64,000 nucleotides of DNA from Macrostomum lignano (Eukaryota), in the NCBI GenBank assembly GCA_002269645.1, contig NIVC01003380.1, forward strand, positions 1 through 64,000, given 5' to 3'. Below the pieces are notes generated by a model. It did no database searches. It worked only from the letters and a program-made list of their open reading frames with translations, and had not been told where the DNA came from. The position numbers were made by a program, and so were the translations under genes. Below, piece by piece: positions 61,924-64,000 of the stretch; within the stretch, counting starts at the first letter, position 1; every line of letters starts with the position of its first letter.

Positions 61924-63631
61924 TCAATCGCAATCCAGGACCGACTGCACCTTGACGAAGCCCTGGTCGCTGCCGGTGTTGCCGCCGCTGATGGCGGCGC
62001 AGCCGCGGCCGCCGCAGAAGGAGCCGCCGCCTCCGCCACCGTGATTGCCAGCGGCGCCGCCACCGCTGAAGCCGCCGCCTCCGCCGCCGCCATTGTCGTT
62101 CGTGGGGGTGCTGCCGCCACCGCCGCCGCCTCCGAACCCTCCGGTTCCGCCGTTATAGTTGGTGTTAACGGCTCCGCCGACCCAGCCGTCAGCCAAGCTT
62201 CCACCGTGGTCGCCGTCGTGCTGCGTGGCTTTAGCGTTGGTATTCTTGCCAAACCAGCCGGCGCCGCAGCCGCCGGGGTAGTAGTCTTCGTCATTATTAT
62301 CAGAATTGCTGAAGCCCGCCTGACCGTTGCTGCCGCCGTAGCCAGAGTAATCAGAATCCCCAGCAACTGAGTTCGTGCCTCTTTCGTCTCCTGAGCCATC
62401 AGCACCTGAATTTTGAAACACGACAGGAGCTTTAACTTTGATAACTGACTACTAATAGTAAGTAGTAAGCTTGTAAATAACCAATCAATCAATAAGTCAA
62501 TCAATCAATCAACCAATCCATCAATCAAAGGTTAGGGCCATAGTCATTGCTTTTGCTCATTCTCCTCTAGCTGTACATACTTTAAATTTGCTCAGTCACT
62601 CGTTCGTTAAATAATTCAACCCTGATGATGTCAAATAATGAGTCCTAATCAAGAAAATAATTGTTAATTATCTCTTTAATTTTTTTTAATCCGCTTCATT
62701 CTTCTTTGATAACCAATGCTCGCGTTCGCATGAAGGCTCTCATCTCAAACAGGTGATTCAGCAGTCAGACGAGACCCTGCTCTGGCACTTACCAGCGTCA
62801 TAGTAGCAGCCACCGCCGCCTCCGCCAGCAGCTAGCAGCAGCAGCGGGTTGCCAGAGGCGTTGACAGTGTACACAAAGCTGCCTCCGCCGCCACCTCCGC
62901 CGCCATCACCGCTAGCGGGGCCCCCCTGCTGTCCGACAACAATGGTCAGCAGGGTGCCGGCAGTCAGGCTGAAGTTGCCTGCCATGACAGCTCCTCGACC
63001 GCTCGGTTGTCGAGCCCCGGGACTCCCGCTGGCACCGGCAGCTTCAATCCGGTAGCAGTGGGTGGTGTCGATCAGCAGCTGCTGGATGGTGCCGTTTCTA
63101 CCGGTGCTGGAGTCTGGAAGATGGAGTTTAGCATAGAGAGATAAATATTCGCAGATCTAACGAAACTTTGGAATTTTGCAGAAGTCCTTACTGAGAAACT
63201 CAATGCTGAAGTTTAGGTGAATTAGCGGTGCGTCGAACGTCCAGACCCTGGCTCCGGCCTCCGAGCCCAGCAGCCTCTGCACGCGACTCCCGGACGAGTG
63301 GCCTTCGTACACCATGGCCATTTGGCAGAGCCCGATGCTCTCGTGAGCCACCGCCACTGAGCAGCCTCTCGACAGGCACCTCGTCACGCAGTCGATCTCG
63401 GAAGCCACCCCGGTCACATTGATCACTTCGCTGCTCACCGAGGCGTTGATGGTAACGGGCTCATCGACCAGGTAGTACTCTTGCTCAGGAGCTTGGCTGG
63501 CAGTCACGCAGGTGGCTGAAATAAGCCAATTAATTGGGAGTTCAGGGATATTTGGGTCAAAGTGAGTTGCGAAATGGATTAGGCAGCTTACCGGTGGATA
63601 GCAAACAAAGTATTATTAGTTGCGAAATCAT
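61924..63631 (-). CDS. Paralog C: intact secreted PAN/apple plus ALK/LTK-like glycine-rich protein, 4 exons, 388 aa
   Basis: Exons 63631-63592, 63515-63192, 63113-62793 and 62405-61924 splice GT-AG, all phase 1, giving 1167 nt with no internal stop. Signal-like N-terminus MISQLIILCLLSTATCVTA. PAN-like DCVTRCLSRGCSVAVAHESIGLCQM. Glycine-rich domain ends FVKVQSVLDCD*. No transmembrane helix. Confidence 0.88.
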
Positions 63632-64000
63632 TTCAGCTAAAAAAGTTCTACGAGTAGTTCGGAATGGAATAAAAATTTTAAGATTTTTCGTAATCTTATC
63701 TGTTTCGTCTCTTGCTGTTAAATTTACTTTTTTATACCTAATTGAAAAGTTTCTCCTCTTCCTTGAGAGAGTGGCGTCCATATTTCCGTGAGAGGCGTCA
63801 GCTAAATAGTCAAAATGCTTGGACCACAATGAAGACGCAACCCTCTCAGCGAATCAATAAGCCAGCCTTTCTCAAGCGCTGCATTTGCTGTCTGAAGATG
63901 CACGCCTGCTTTATGTTTCCTGTTCCTATTTTTGACAGCGGCTGGGACTAACTTGGGAATAAAAACAAAAGAAATATTTTCTACAGAAGTAACTTTAGCT

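Noticed and set aside
57645-62504. Ala-rich ORFs overlapping the glycine-rich exons (for example 57679-58149 and 61903-62370)
   Set aside because: Antisense or alternative frames of GGC-rich codons. The Gly frame has the splice sites and the domain signature.

Overview
Eukaryotic (animal) genomic DNA with GT-AG introns; no CRISPR array, rRNA or intact tRNA was found. Positions 1-47 kb are a dense pile-up of transposons: a Helitron with a dead Rep/PIF1 gene but an intact spliced RPA70-like gene, an internally deleted Mag-type Ty3/Gypsy LTR element, and five members of one CCATAG-TIR / 8-bp-TSD hAT-like family, one of which has an intact 9-exon transposase of about 1232 aa. Next to it is a GGC-TIR / 9-bp-TSD element with an intact 6-exon transposase of about 1185 aa ending in a Tudor/Spindlin-like domain. 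Further elements are a classical hAT, a LINE remnant, Tc1, Harbinger-like and P-element derivatives. Positions 48.6-63.6 kb hold the only clear host genes: three paralogs encoding secreted proteins made of a signal peptide, a PAN/apple-like domain and an ALK/LTK-type glycine-rich domain, with no transmembrane helix or kinase. One paralog is intact, one has a homopolymer frameshift and one has a deletion. Between them lie a CMC/EnSpm-like element carrying a 57-58-bp minisatellite and a cluster of three perfect heat-shock elements. All domain calls come from motifs recognised by eye, all exon models were spliced and phase-checked by hand, and no database searches were run. The species cannot be determined from the sequence.
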